36,612 nucleotides of DNA from Nemertoderma westbladi (Eukaryota > Animalia > Xenacoelomorpha). The first letter of the stretch is position 1. Every line of letters starts with the position of its first letter. Of this stretch, positions 1 to 12,199 are shown piece by piece. The position numbers and the translations under genes are program-made. The notes beneath the pieces are model-generated. The model saw nothing but the letters and a program-made list of their open reading frames with translations, searched no databases and was not told where the DNA came from. The stretch is from NCBI GenBank assembly GCA_032718475.1, contig JAUCBJ010002975.1:1-36612 (forward strand), read 5' to 3'.

Positions 1-1080
1 TGCCATAGAATCATAAAATATGCCTTTCACAGTACACATACGGAGGAAATAGGTCTTAGATCCTCTAAAAACACCGATACAGCAATAATACGGTTTCTTA
101 CACTTATTAAATCAACTACAGAGTATTTTAATGTAAAAGATAATAAAAATAACGGGGCAATTCAGCAAAGGCTTTTACACCGACTTACCGTTGTGATTAG
201 TATAAGTCATATCTCTGTTTACCTAGATAGAGCGCCACGTCCTAAAGGAACTGTTAATATTTCCCGAAAGTGAATAATATTAGTCAGAAATTAATTATTA
301 ACGATCAATCGAATAATACAGTAAGCTTACACTGCAATAATAATCTAAGCCCTCAGAATCCAGTCTCCCGGGTATATCCAGCGGGTGAATGGACGCGCAC
401 TAGGCTGGCTTCTGCTAATGTTGTGTTTATTGGTATTAAATATTTGTCAACTTCTAAAGTCTGTTTATAAACCAAAAGACATATAAATTTTGGCAGGTTA
501 AACTGCTAAAGGTCTTCAAAAGCGCGTACAATTTTACTATTATTTTTTTTATGTTTACGCCAGATGGGGTTGTATCTATAATAATATAAATACTATTGTT
601 TCTACGGTAATTATTATTTAGTTTCTATTTCTATAATGATGTTTTGAGGTCATATTATATGCTAGTGTAGTTAATTATTAATGATAATATTTTAAATATT
701 ATTTACTACGATTGTACCTGTAATTATAGGTTATATTGCACCACTAGAATTTATCCTAAGAAATATAAATAAAAAGATTCTAGAACAAAACAATAATAAA
801 CTTGCCAACCTTGTACTGCAACTGCAACTTGTACAAATAAAAGTATAAAAAAAAAGCGGCCCAGCGAAAACGGTTCAAACGAATAATGTTAACAATTAAT
901 GTATCTGTTTCATCATTAAAATTACCGAACAAAACAGAACAAAACTTTTGTTACATTATTTTTATGCGTATACCTACCTATATGCCGTATGCGCATGCGC
1001 AAGTGCGTTCTGAGTAGTACATTGATATAACCGGTACCGGAACAATAAGCCTATTATATATAATATTAATACAAACTTAC

Positions 1081-1221
1081 TGTCATTCCAGAGGGACACA
1101 GACACATGTAGTCATTGAAGAGTTTCACGCAAGTTGCCTGTCCGTCACATGGCCCGGATTCGCAGTGATCTATGTTAATCAAATCTCGAAGTTCGTCGTA
1201 ATCTTGTTGCAGTGAACTCAG
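1081..1221 (-). CDS. CUBN: Cubilin-like gene, coding exon 5: end of coiled coil plus EGF-like domain (LSSLQQDYDELRDLINIDHCESGPCDGQATCVKLFNDYMCLCPSGMT)
   Basis: Acceptor ...ctaaag| and donor |gtaagt on minus; 141 bp, phase 0-0, open; EGF cysteine spacing, with the sixth Cys expected in the next exon (not found in the window). Confidence 0.8.
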
Positions 1222-1825
1222 CTTTAGTGATAAATAAGATTAATATTATGGTAAAATATAATAATTCTAGCTTTTAGACTTTCAGCTACGACGACTGGTC
1301 GATAAAAAGTGAACCAAGGTACCTTGGGTCGTACTACTACTTGTACTTGTACTTTTACTTTAGGCATCACTAATTTTTCGGCCTGATGCATTGTGATTGA
1401 CATCGCAAATAATACGGCTATATTTTTTCACACTGCTGTAAAAACTAAATCTCAATTGTGTATGAATGATTAATTTTTATACGTATTATCACTATAACGA
1501 GCCATTTATTACTATTTAACCCTAGATCATAACCATTAACCCAATAAACATTCTTTTAAAATCTGCAGTTAAATCTCACCTCCGTGTGCAATGTAAAAAT
1601 AGGTACAATAGTCCTACAGTAAGTTATTAGTTTAGTAATTATTTACTATTTATACTGTAATTACGTTTTATATTAAATTGTTCTGTACATTACATCTTTA
1701 TCGTTGAGTCGGACATTATTGTCACGCTCTCGGTAAAGTTGTACATGTACATAGTGTAATTACGTTTTATATTGGTTTTTTTAGGTTAGCGTAGTGTAAT
1801 ATTGTATTTGTAACCAAGTAACATA

Positions 1826-1976
1826 AAGGACCCCCTTGGAAATAAGCTGCAAAGCTTTAGGGGTAATCCTATATGTTATGTTGGACAATACCTTTATACC
1901 GGTACATTGTTTGGTGTATTTGTTATTGTTTTTACATAATGTATAAATAAATCTATCTATCTATCTATCTATCTAT
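1826..1976 (+). mobile_element. Probable 3' end of a LINE (CR1/L2-group-like 3' UTR)
   Basis: Stem-loop GGACCCCCTTGGAAATAAGC...GCTTTAGGGGTAATCC followed by AATAAA and an (ATCT)n tail. Confidence 0.4.
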
Positions 1977-2059
1977 AGATCAAGACATTTATTACTGTTT
2001 GACCCTAGATATAGCCATTTATTACCGATTTGCACTAGATCAAGCTATTTATATCGAAC

Positions 2060-2143
2060 CTGATTCTGCAATTTGGTAACCGTTGAGGATATATTCTCAC
2101 GATGAGTAGTGCCTTCTTCACTGTTAGTCGACAAGTTTTTGAT
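2060..2143 (-). CDS. CUBN: Cubilin-like gene, coding exon 4 (IKNLSTNSEEGTTHRENISSTVTKLQNQ)
   Basis: Polypyrimidine acceptor ttttttctacag| and donor |gttcga; 84 bp, phase 0-0; joins the flanking exons in frame. Confidence 0.65.
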
Positions 2144-2446
2144 CTGTAGAAAAAATAATAAGCGCTGTGGAATTATGTCTACATCAACACAGTTGGTAAT
2201 TCTTAAAGTTAATGTTAGTGGCATGAAGTTAATATTGTTTGAATGAAATAAAGTGCAGCAGGATGGTAAACACCCAATAATTTTATAACTAAAACAACTT
2301 CCTAGGATCAAATACTATATGAATTTATAATCAGCTGCTAATTCAATACAATAATGCTTAATATTAAATACTTTATATTATAATAATAGTTTAATATAAT
2401 GAATGTAATAACATAAAGCAATAATATGTGAAAACAATGTCCTTAC

Positions 2447-2551
2447 CGTTTGATCTAAAGTTAAGAAGTTGTGCTCCAAATTCTCCAACCTTCTGTTAAA
2501 CCACCTTAGTTTGTAATAGTTTCTGTTTGCCTTATAAGTTAATCTTTTCGA
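2447..2551 (-). CDS. CUBN: Cubilin-like gene, coding exon 3 (SKRLTYKANRNYYKLRWFNRRLENLEHNFLTLDQT), coiled-coil-like
   Basis: Acceptor ttttttgcattcag| and donor |gtaagg; 105 bp, phase 0-0, open; heptad-like Leu spacing. Confidence 0.7.
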
Positions 2552-2742
2552 CTGAATGCAAAAAAATTCAGATTTTAATCAAAAGTAATTATTTATTAAG
2601 AAGACACAAAACATTGTGTATACAAGCGGTTAATTGAGAACGATAATTTTTCAACCGCGAGTTGTGCCAGATGTGCTGCCCTAATGTGTAGAAGTAGGGT
2701 TTCACTTTAATATTCCGAAAGGATCCCATTTCATAGTTGAAC

Positions 2743-5284
2743 TCATCCAGCATACATTCCTCTCTATGCGTTTGGGTCACTATTCATCCAGCATACATTC
2801 CTCTCTTTGCGTTTGGGTCACTATTCATCCAGCATACATTCCTCTCTTTGTGTTTGGGTCACTATTCATCCAGCATACATTCCTCTCTATGCGTTTGGGT
2901 CACTATTCATCCAGCATACATTCCTCTCTATGCGTTTGGGTCACTATTCATCCAGCATACATTCCTCTCTATGTGTTTGGGTCACTATTCATCCAGCATA
3001 CATTCCTCTCTATGCGTTTGGGTCACTATTCATCCAGCATACATTCCTCTCTATGCGTTTGGGTCACTATTCATCCAGCATACATTCCTCTCTATGTGTT
3101 TGGGTCACTATTCATCCAGCATACATTCCTCTCTATGTGTTTGGGTCACTATTCATCCAGCATACATTCCTCTCTATGCGTTTGGGTCACTATTCATCCA
3201 GCATACATTCCTCTCTATGCGTTTGGGTCACTATTCATCCAGCATACATTCCTCTCTATGTGTTTGGGTCACTATTCATCCAGCACACATTCCTTTCTAT
3301 GCGTTTGGGTCACTATTCATCCAGCATACATTCCTCTCTATGCGTTTGGGTCACTATTCATCCAGCATACATTCCTCTCTATGCGTTTGGGTCACTATTC
3401 ATCCAGCACACATTCCTTTCTATGCGTTTGGGTCACTATTCATCCAGCATACATTACTCTCTATGTGTTTGGGTCACTATTCATCCAGCATACATTCCTC
3501 TCTATGTGTTTGGGTCACTATTCATCCAGCACACATTCCTCTCTATGCGTTTGGGTCACTATTCATCCAGCACACATTCCTCTCTATGCGTTTGGGTCAC
3601 TATTCATCCAGCATACATTCCTCTCTATGTGTTTGGGTCACTATTCATCCAGCATACATTCCTCTCTATGCGTTTGGGTCACTATTCATCCAGCACACAT
3701 TCCTCTCTATGCGTTTGGGTCACTATTCATCCAGCATACATTCCTCTCTATGCGTTTGGGTCACTATTCATCCAGCATACATTCCTCTCTATGCGTTTGG
3801 GTCACTATTCATCCAGCATACATTCCTCTCTATGCGTTTGGGTCACTATTCATTCAGCATACATTCCTATCTATGCGTTTGGGTCACTATTCATCCAGCA
3901 TACATTCCTCTCTATGCGTTTGGGTCAATATTCATCCAGCACACATTCCTCTCTATGCGTTTGGGTCACTATTCATCCAGCATACATTCCTCTCTATGTG
4001 TTTGGGTCACTATTCATCCAGCATACATTCCTCTCTATGTGTTTGGGTCACTATTCATCCAGCATACATTCCTCTCTATGCGTTTGGGTCACTATTCATC
4101 CAGCATACATTCCTCTCTATGTGTTTGGGTCACTATTCATCCAGCATACATTCCTCTCTATGCGTTTGGGTCACTATTCATCCAGCATACATTCCTCTCT
4201 ATGCGTTTGGGTCACTATTCATCCAGCATACATTCCTCTCTATGTGTTTGGGTCACTATTCATCCAGCATACATTCCTCTCTGTGTTTGGGTCACTATTC
4301 ATCCAGCATACATTCCTCTCTATGTGTTTGGGTCACTATTCATCCAGCATACATTCCTCTCTAAGCGTTTGGGTCACTATTCATCCAGCATACATTCCTC
4401 TCTAAGCGTTTGGGTCACTATTCATCCAGCATACATTCCTCTCTATGCGTTTGGGTCACTATTCATCCAGCATACATTCCTCTCTATGTGTTTGGGTCAC
4501 TATTCATCCAGCATACATTCCTCTCTATGTGTTTGGGTCACTATTCATCCAGCATACATTCCTCTCTATGCGTTTGGGTCACTATTCATCCAGCATACAT
4601 TCCTCTCTATGCGTTTGGGTCACTATTCATCCAGCATACATTCCTCTCTATGCGTTTGGGTCACTATTAATCCAGCATACATTCCTCTCTATGCGTTTGG
4701 GTCACTATTCATCCAGCATACATTCCTCTCTATGTGTTTGGGTCACTATTCATCCAGCATACATTCCTCTCTATGCGTTTGGGTCACTATTCATCCAGCA
4801 TACATTCCTCTCTATGCGTTTGGGTCACTATTCATCCAGCATACATTCCTCTCTATGCGTTTGGGTCACTATTCATCCAGCATACATTCCTCTCTATGCG
4901 TTTGGGTCACTATTCATCCAGCATACATTCCTCTCTATGCGTTTGGGTCACTATTCATCCAGCACACATTCCTCTCTATGCGTTTGGGTCACTATTCATC
5001 CAGCATACATTCCTCTCTATGCGTTTGGGTCACTATTCATCCAGCATACATTCCTCTCTATGCGTTTGGGTCACTATTCATCCAGCATACATTCCTCTCT
5101 ATGCGTTTGGGTCACTATTCATCCAGCATACATTCCTCTCTATGTGTTTGGGTCACTATTCATCCAGCATACATTCCTCTCTATGCGTTTGGGTCACTAT
5201 TCATCCAGCATACATTCCTCTCTATGCGTTTGGGTCACTATTCATCCAGCATACATTCCTCTCTAAGCGTTTGGGTCACTATTC
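2743..5284. repeat. 41-bp tandem array, about 62 copies, in intron 2 of the cubilin-like gene
   Basis: Unit TCATCCAGCATACATTCCTCTCTATGCGTTTGGGTCACTAT repeated head to tail with a few recurrent variants (TGCG/TGTG, ATAC/ACAC, one 2-bp deletion near 4282). Confidence 0.98.
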
Positions 5285-5626
5285 TCGCCATTTTTGGGTA
5301 TCGGCGTCTATTGTTGATGTTCATTTTTTTGATAGATTATGCCCGCGTATCGGCTGGTCTGACTGGTGGTACAGTATACCACTTAATGCTGCAAAGTAGG
5401 TTACCCATTGGGGAGTTACGCTCAAGTTATACACTTTGAAAGCGAACGAGTAGAAAAGAACGTTATTCCCCATTTTGCTCTAGCGCGGATGAAAAGCATT
5501 TTTATGCGTCACGTGTAAAATTGTTTACCGTAGTAACTGCATAAATGCATATCGCATCGTTAATTCATATAAAATCATAATCTGAATTTATTACTAAACA
5601 TGAGAATGTTCGAATGAATAATTTCC

Positions 5627-6433
5627 GATAAGTTGACATAATGTAACGAAATTACCTACATATCATTGCATGAGAAGACAAAATTCTGAGTTGATGATAC
5701 AAGATGATGGCTGTGTCCACCAAACCAAAAAATAAAATTCTATAAACATAAAACACTTAAAAATGTTGTAATAACTATTTACATCACTGTGTGCAAAGTA
5801 GCACTTTGCAGCGTTACGACCCGAGTTTATTTATGTACCGAGCGAGCGCCGCGAGGGAGGTTTATATCAATAAACAAGGGTCTTTAACGCTGAAAAGTGA
5901 CCTTTGCACACAATGATGTATGCAATTTTGTTACATTATGTCAACTTATCAGCGTTCGGTATGTGAAGAAAGGAATTTATGGTTGCAATTTGAACATTTT
6001 AATGATGTAATGTATCGAATATTATTGAAATTTATTAACAGGTACACTGGTACACAGTATTAATTATACATTAAAATCTAATTTAAGTTTATTGGAACTT
6101 ATCTCCTGCTTGGATGTGATAAATCATTAATCCATCTTAAATATAGTCGACTGAAGCAAACTTAGTCACCGTCGCCTTTTTCTTTTGTCATTTTAGTGTC
6201 TTCTATTAGACGTTTCGCCATAATGGATTACAGTACACGTTAAACAATTATTTACATACAGTAGCTAGTGCCGTCACTGCAAACTGGATAATAAAGCAAC
6301 ACTCATTAAAGTTGTTTGAAGATTGCTTACTTTGCAACGTTCCGTCCTATAGGCCGCAACGTTGCAAAGTAGTACTTTGCAGCGTTATGAGTAATTCACA
6401 TGAACGCTGTTAAGTTGACATAATGAAACAAAA
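5627..6433. mobile_element. Non-autonomous element(s) with long hairpin and sub-terminal inverted repeats (unclassified)
   Basis: Imperfect palindrome of about 140 bp at 5781-5919; motif AAGTTGACATAATGWAACRAAA at 5630 and 6412 and its complement at 5924-5950; related sequence at 12640-13140. Confidence 0.55.
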
Positions 6434-6556
6434 ATAAAAAAAATTGAGATTTGTCAAATAATTTTATAGTTTGAAATTTAAAGTAAATAAATATTATACT
6501 GTTTTATTTATAATAAGCTGTAATAAAGAGTGTATTAAATATATTCTGTAACTTAC

Positions 6557-6689
6557 ATTATCAATAAGACCAGTAAGATCATGTCCGTCGAAAATGACCT
6601 TACCACCTCCTTGATTAGCTTGAAAGCTAATGTTCTTATTTGAAGATGGAATAAAGACAAGGTTGCCGTCGTGGGTGACAATCCGAGGT
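6557..6689 (-). CDS. CUBN: Cubilin-like gene, coding exon 2 (PRIVTHDGNLVFIPSSNKNISFQANQGGGKVIFDGHDLTGLIDN)
   Basis: Acceptor ttccttttcag| and donor |gtaagt; 133 bp, phase 2-0; closely resembles the cubilin N-terminus as I recall it ([38 protein letters not shown]). Confidence 0.85.
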
Positions 6690-7796
6690 CTGAAAAGGAA
6701 ATAAGAATAACGTCAAAATCAAATAGGTCAATTAATGGAACAGATATAGATCGTTGAACATTTGTGACGCTTTTAGGAACAACTTGTAGTGATAGGAAAG
6801 GAGCAGGTAGGTAACAGTTATATTCTAAACAAAACAATAAACCAAACAGAGTCAACAGCTAAGCTTACAGTTTAACATTATTAGTTTAACATAAATTAGG
6901 AATAATAACTCCTAATTATTTGTGACTTCCCATTCGATTTTCCATTGGAGAATGTTTAATAGGTAGGAACATGGGATGACATATGTATTGTATTATTATT
7001 TTTTATTTGGTTCGTACAGTAAGAACTTAAAGCTTACAGTAGTAAAGTAAACCTTGATTGACCACGTGGCGTCTGGTATGACCCACATCTTTCAATAATC
7101 ATACTTGAAATATTATTTTCTCAGATTGACCAGCGGTCAGGGAAAAATAGTTATATATAATATATAGAACAAATAACTTGAGACAGTTGCCATAATTGTT
7201 ATCACAAAGGAAACAGTAACTGATTTCATTTAGTGCAGTAATGGGTGCGTATTATTTTATTAATACTAAACACTGCGGCCATTTACTTATAGAGAAAGGG
7301 ATAATGAAGTTCCTAGTAACAAGTCTATGTCTGGGAAAACAAATTGGTTTGAGATAATTATGTCTTATGGATAGAACTAAATAATGTCAATATTAGCTGC
7401 AAACTAGATACACTTTGGTACGGCAGAAATTAGAAATCGTATGATGTAAAAAGGAAAGCAATATGTACGCATATCAAATATTTGTGTTTGGGATATAAGA
7501 GGACTTAAGAAACAATAATTGTATAGATGGTTAATTATAGAGCAGTCAATGTAAGTAAGGGCGCTATACTAGTAATGTGCTTTCTTAGAGTGGCCCTTTA
7601 TGGCTTTAAAGGCGTCTAAACAAATTGGGAAATAATAGGCGATCAAACTGTGGCAAGATTGGTCTATGTATGATTCTATATAGCAGTAGCCTGCTGTTGC
7701 AATTATTATGTAATCATTGTCTTCCTATAAATATATAAATGATTAACATACAGGATTCGGTACCAAAAGGGAAGAAAATATAATTAATAAACTTGG

Positions 7797-9650
7797 TTGT
7801 GGCGGTAGGTAAGTGTTTGTGGCTGTAGGTGCGTGTTTCTGGCTGTAGGTGCGTTTTTGTGGCTGTAGGTGCGTGTTTGTGGCTGTAGGTGCGTGTTTGT
7901 GGCTGTAGATGCGTGTTTGTGGCTGTAGGTGCGTGTTTGTGGCTGTAGGTGCGTGTTTGTGGCTGTAGGTGCATATTTGTGGCTGTAGGTGCGTGTTTGT
8001 GGCGGTAGGTGCGTGTTTGTGGCTGTAGGTGCGTGTTTGTGGCGGTAGGTACGTGTTTGTGGCTGTAGGTGTGCGTGTTTGTGGCTGTAGGTGCGTGATT
8101 GTGGCTGTAGGTGCGTGTTTGTGGCTGTAGGTGCGTGTTTGTGGCTGTAGGTGCGTGTTTGTGGCTGTAGGTGCGTGTTTGTGGCGGTAGGTACGTGTTT
8201 GTGGCTGTAGGTGCGTGTTTGTGGCGGTAGGTACGTGTTTGTGGCTGTAGATGCGTGTTTGTGGCTGTAGGTGCGTGTTTGTGGCTGTAGGTGCGTGTTT
8301 GTGGCGGTAGGTACGTGTTTGTGGCTGTAGGTGCGTGTTTGTGGCGGTAGGTACGTGTTTGTGGCTGTAGGTGCGTGTTTGTGGCTGTAGGTACGTGTTT
8401 GTGGCTGTATGTGCGTGTTTGTGGCTTTAGGTGCGTGTTTGTGGCTGTAGGTGCATATTTGTGGCTGTAGGTGCGTGTTTGTGGCTGTAGGTGCGTGTTT
8501 GTGGCGGTAGGTGCGTGTTTGTGGCTGTAGGTGCGTGTTTGTGGCGGTAGGTACGTGTTTGTGGCTGTAGGTGCGTGTTTGTGGCTTTAGGTGCGTGTTT
8601 GTGGCTGTAGGTGCGTGTTTGTGGCTGTAGGTGCGTGTTTGTGGCTGTAGGTGCGTGTTTGTGGCTGTAGGTGCGTGTTTGTGGCGGTAGGTGCGTGTTT
8701 GTGGCTGTAGGTGCGTGTTTGTGGCGGTAGGTACGTGTTTGTGGCTGTAGGTGCGTGTTTGTGGCTGTAGGTGCGTGTTTGTGGCGGTAGGTACGTGTTT
8801 GTGGCTGTAGGTACGTGTTTGTGGCTGTAGGTGCGTGTTTGTGGCTGTAGGTGCGTGTTTGTGGCTGTAGGTGCGTGTTTGTGGCTGTAGGTGCGTGTTT
8901 GTGGCTGTAGGTGCGTGTTTGTGGCTGTAGGTGCGTGTTTGTGGCGGTAGGTACGTGTTTGTGGCTGTAGGTGCGTGTTTGTGGCTGTAGGTGCGTGTTT
9001 GTGGCTGTAGGTGCGTGTTTGTGGCTGTAGGTGCGTGTTTGTGGCTGTAGGTGCATGTTTGTGGCTGTATGTGCGTGTTTGTGGCTGTAGGTGCGTGTTT
9101 CTGGCTGTAGGTGCGTGTTTGTGGCTGTAGGTGCGTGTTTGTGGCTGTAGGTGCGTGTTTGTGGCTGTAGGTGCGTGTTTGTGGCTGTAGGTGCGTGTTT
9201 GTGGCTGTAGGTGCGTGTTTGTGGCTGTAGGTGTGCGTGTTTGTGGCTGTAGGTGCGTGTTTGTGGCTGTAGGTGCGTGTTTGTGGCTGTAGGTGCGTGT
9301 TTGTGGCTGTAGGTACGTGTTTGTGGCTGTAGGTGCGTGTTTGTGGCTGTAGGTGCGTGTTTGTGGCTGTAGGTGCGTGTTTGTGGCTGTAGGTGCGTGT
9401 TTGTGGCTGTAGGTGCGTGTTTGTGGCTGTAGGTGCGTGTTTGTGGCTGTAGGTGCGTGTTTGTGGCTGTAGGTGCGTGTTTGTGGCTGTAGGTGCGTGT
9501 TTGTGGCTGTAGGTGCGTGTTTGTGGCTGTAGGTGCGTGTTTGTGGCTGTAGGTGCGTGTTTGTGGCTGTAGGTGCGTGTTTGTGGCTGTAGGTGCGTGT
9601 TTGTGGCTGTAGGTGCGTGTTTGTGGCTGTAGGTGCGTGTTTGTGGCTGT
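7797..9650. repeat. 20-bp tandem array, about 92 copies, in intron 1 of the cubilin-like gene
   Basis: Unit TTGTGGCTGTAGGTGCGTGT; variants GGCGG, GTAC and two 2-bp GT insertions; the right end is nearly homogeneous. Confidence 0.98.
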
Positions 9651-10224
9651 TAGTCTCAGAATTTAGTAATATTGATTGATTGATTTATTTTTTATTTATT
9701 TATTTATTTAATGAAATATTAATTTCTCATGTCAACACCTCAACGAAATTATTTAGCTAATGATTCTAAAGAATCACGATTAAATACTCATGCAATCATT
9801 TTGCGAGATAATGCAAGCTGGCTTATTAGTATGGCACCTTACACTCGTAGTGCCTGCCTATGCCATATAGATGTAATTACCCGTTTCCAAGTAAGTGGTG
9901 AGATGATTGGACTGGTTCCCACTACAGACATAGCAAGTATGCCTAGGGGGACGGGATGGATTTTGATATCTTAAGCACGTTTAGATCAATTAAAAACACA
10001 TTTCTTAAAGCAAATCACTTGAATTAATTAAAAACTATAATGGAATGGGGTATGGGGATTACAGCTGAATAATTTTTAAGTATAATTATTTATATCTTAT
10101 ACTATAAAATAATTAATTTCCATTAAAAGTCATTTTAAAAATGCTGTTTTCACCCTAACTAACTTAATTAATTTTAATTTAATTAATTAACTGCTATTAT
10201 CATAGCTTCTCGAAGGCCACACGC

Positions 10225-10416
10225 AAATTCAACTTGGAAAATGTCTAAACTTTTTTTGCCAGACTACATGTGTACCAAGATTCATCCAGATTTGGCTGAG
10301 TTATTAACGTTTAAAATTGGACACGACAGAACAACATAACGACAGAACAACAGACACTCCGAATGAGTTAGTGGTACCTGTATGCTTACTCGCTTACTTT
10401 CGTGGCTCGCCCCACA
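10225..10416 (-). mobile_element. Left-end fragment of the GTGGGGCGAGCCAC element family
   Basis: TTCGTGGCTCGCCCCACAA at about 10398-10416 is the complement of the starts at 27260 and 35232; ACGACAGAACAAC short repeats; related core at 24245-24360. Confidence 0.6.
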
Positions 10417-10447
10417 AAGAGCACTAATACATAGCTGCTAACAAACG

Positions 10448-10800
10448 TGCCACAAACGCGCAAAAACAGCCACAAATACGCAAAAACAACCACAAACACG
10501 CACCTACAGCCACAAACACGCATCTACAGCCACAAACACCCACCAACTGCCACAAACACGCACCTAAAGCCACAAACACGCACCTACAGCCACAAACACG
10601 CACCAACAGCAAGTGCGTGTTTGTGGCGGTAGGTACGTGTTTGTGGCTGTAGGTGCATATTTGTGGCTGTAGGTGCGTGTTTGTGGCTGTAGGTGCGTGT
10701 TTGTGGCTGTAGGTGCGTGTTTGTGGCTGTAGGTGCGTGTTTGTGGCTGTAGGTGCGTGTTTGTGGCTGTAGGTGCGTGTTTGTGGCTGTTTTTGCGTAT
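10448..10800. repeat. Fold-back palindrome of the 20-bp unit (about 8 inverted copies followed by about 9 direct copies)
   Basis: Orientation switches near 10611 with almost no spacer; both outer ends carry the GCAAAAACAGCC variant. Confidence 0.95.
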
Positions 10801-11269
10801 AGGCAGGCACTACGAGTGTAAGGTGCCATACTAATAAGCCAGCTTGCATTATCTCGCAAAATGATTGCCTGAGTATTTAATTGTGATTCTTTAGAATAAT
10901 TAGCTAAATAATTTCGTTGAGGTGTTGACATGATAAATTAATATTTCAGTATCAATATATCGGCATAAGGTAAGTCACATTATGTTTCACATTATGTATA
11001 TTTTGATATTCCAGTGTTTGTCTGTGGAGAATGTAGTAGTAGACTTACTACCGCACCGGTAGGCCTACAATAACTAATATAATACGTTATCTCCTCCCTA
11101 TCTTTGCTAATTAAATTCTGAGACTAATCTTCCTTGCGGAGGAAATATTTATATAAATGGAATTTGCGCTATTTTTTTATTACCATCCCATTCACAATCA
11201 CAGAAAAACTATGAATCACAGGAATATAGCTCATACAATGAATATTTAAAAAAATAAAAAGTTTTGAAA

Positions 11270-11484
11270 ATTTCGAGCTGCGGATGCGGTTTATCCTCGA
11301 CATGGGTGCGAGAAAGGTCCTTTTCCTTTATGAAAAAAGGGTTGAGGTTAGAGCCACGGCTTTTTTTATTTTCAAGGTCATACCTCTAAACGGCAGGTCG
11401 TTAGAAATACCAGCGGCATTTATAATGGTCCTGGCGGATCCCCCCCCCCCCCCCCCCCCCCCCCCCCAGGGTAGATAGGGTTAA
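11270..11484. mobile_element. piggyBac-like non-autonomous element end with poly-C tract
   Basis: GGCGGATC(C)n...ATAGGG|TTAA terminus; partner end not found. Confidence 0.4.
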
Positions 11485-11764
11485 ATAGCCTTACCTAAAA
11501 AGGACAGTTTAAATGCCATTACACGTATTAAAGCCTGTAAGGGCTAACTGAAATAACTTTCTTATATAAGCTCTCGTGCTGCGTGAAGGCCCCACGACGT
11601 GTAGCTGGTAGCTGCTAGTGTAGTGAGTGTTTGTGATTATGTCTCCGAGTGATTGATTCAGTTGGTGGTAAGCCAAGCTGTTAGTCAGTGTTTGTGGATT
11701 ATTATTGCTTATTGCAGTTTGTGAATGTTTGTGGCTGTTAGGGGGTAAAGTAAAAACTAAAATA

Positions 11765-11905
11765 GTAAGCAAAGTTTTCTTCGGGCCATAAATTGCGCAC
11801 AAATCTTACGACTTATTTCCAGTGCGATAGCTGCCCCCCAGAACTATACCCCCCAGAGGAAACTGTCCTTTTAAAGCATTCGTGCCGAAAGAAATCTTCC
11901 CTGTA
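11765..11905 (-). mobile_element. Truncated SINE copy of the 17040 family, lacking the central V-like domain
   Basis: Complement contains TTTCGGCACGAATGCTTTAAA, AGTTTCCTCTGGGG, GTTCTGGGGGG, CGCACTGG and CCGAAGAAAA in the same order as 17040-17320. Confidence 0.7.
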
Positions 11906-12199
11906 CCGGTAGGCAGGCCGTGAAGCGGCTAGGTTTGGTTTATTGGTTAGAGTTTGTTGGTCAGTCTCAAACACTAATACAAATTAACATGGTATTCCTA
12001 ACCCCAGGTGAACCTAATAAATTTAGCGAAATTATTGATTTATTGATTGCGGAATGTAAATGCCTACAATTTCACCCGAGATTTAAAATCCCCGGATCTA
12101 AGTGACCCGAGATATAAAGTGACCCCTGACCCGGGATATAAAGTGACCCGGGATATAAAGCCCCCAACCCAGTTACTTTTTATTGATTCCAATACTTAC

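Larger units (their letters stand above)
9712..10948. repeat. Inverted repeat pair of about 150 bp (9712-9861 / 10799-10948)
   Basis: Arms are reverse complements with few mismatches; the ORF track gives near-identical peptides (MSTPQRNYLAN...) on opposite strands. Confidence 0.95.

Noticed and set aside
189-411. Candidate further minus-strand exons (189-222, 331-411) with GTAAG donors
   Set aside because: They do not supply the GxxC needed to finish the EGF, and the longer one has stops from its best acceptor; left uncalled.
2743-5284. CRISPR-like appearance of the 41-bp and 33-bp arrays
   Set aside because: Units are contiguous with no unique spacers, there are no cas genes, and the context is eukaryotic.
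2737-5439. 900-aa and overlapping 532/273/221-aa plus-strand ORFs
   Set aside because: By-product of a 41-bp unit without stops on that strand; all three frames give the same cyclic peptide, and the region is intronic and antisense to the cubilin-like gene.
7053-7193. Alternative first exon for the cubilin-like gene (MATVSSYLFYILYITIF..., HTRRHVVNQ)
   Set aside because: The hydrophobic frame hits a stop and the RR-containing frame has the wrong phase; 12200-12285 gives a clean signal peptide, consensus donor and correct phase.
7714-10931. HLQPQTRTYSHKHAPTATNT ORFs
   Set aside because: Translations of the 20-bp satellite and the inverted repeat.
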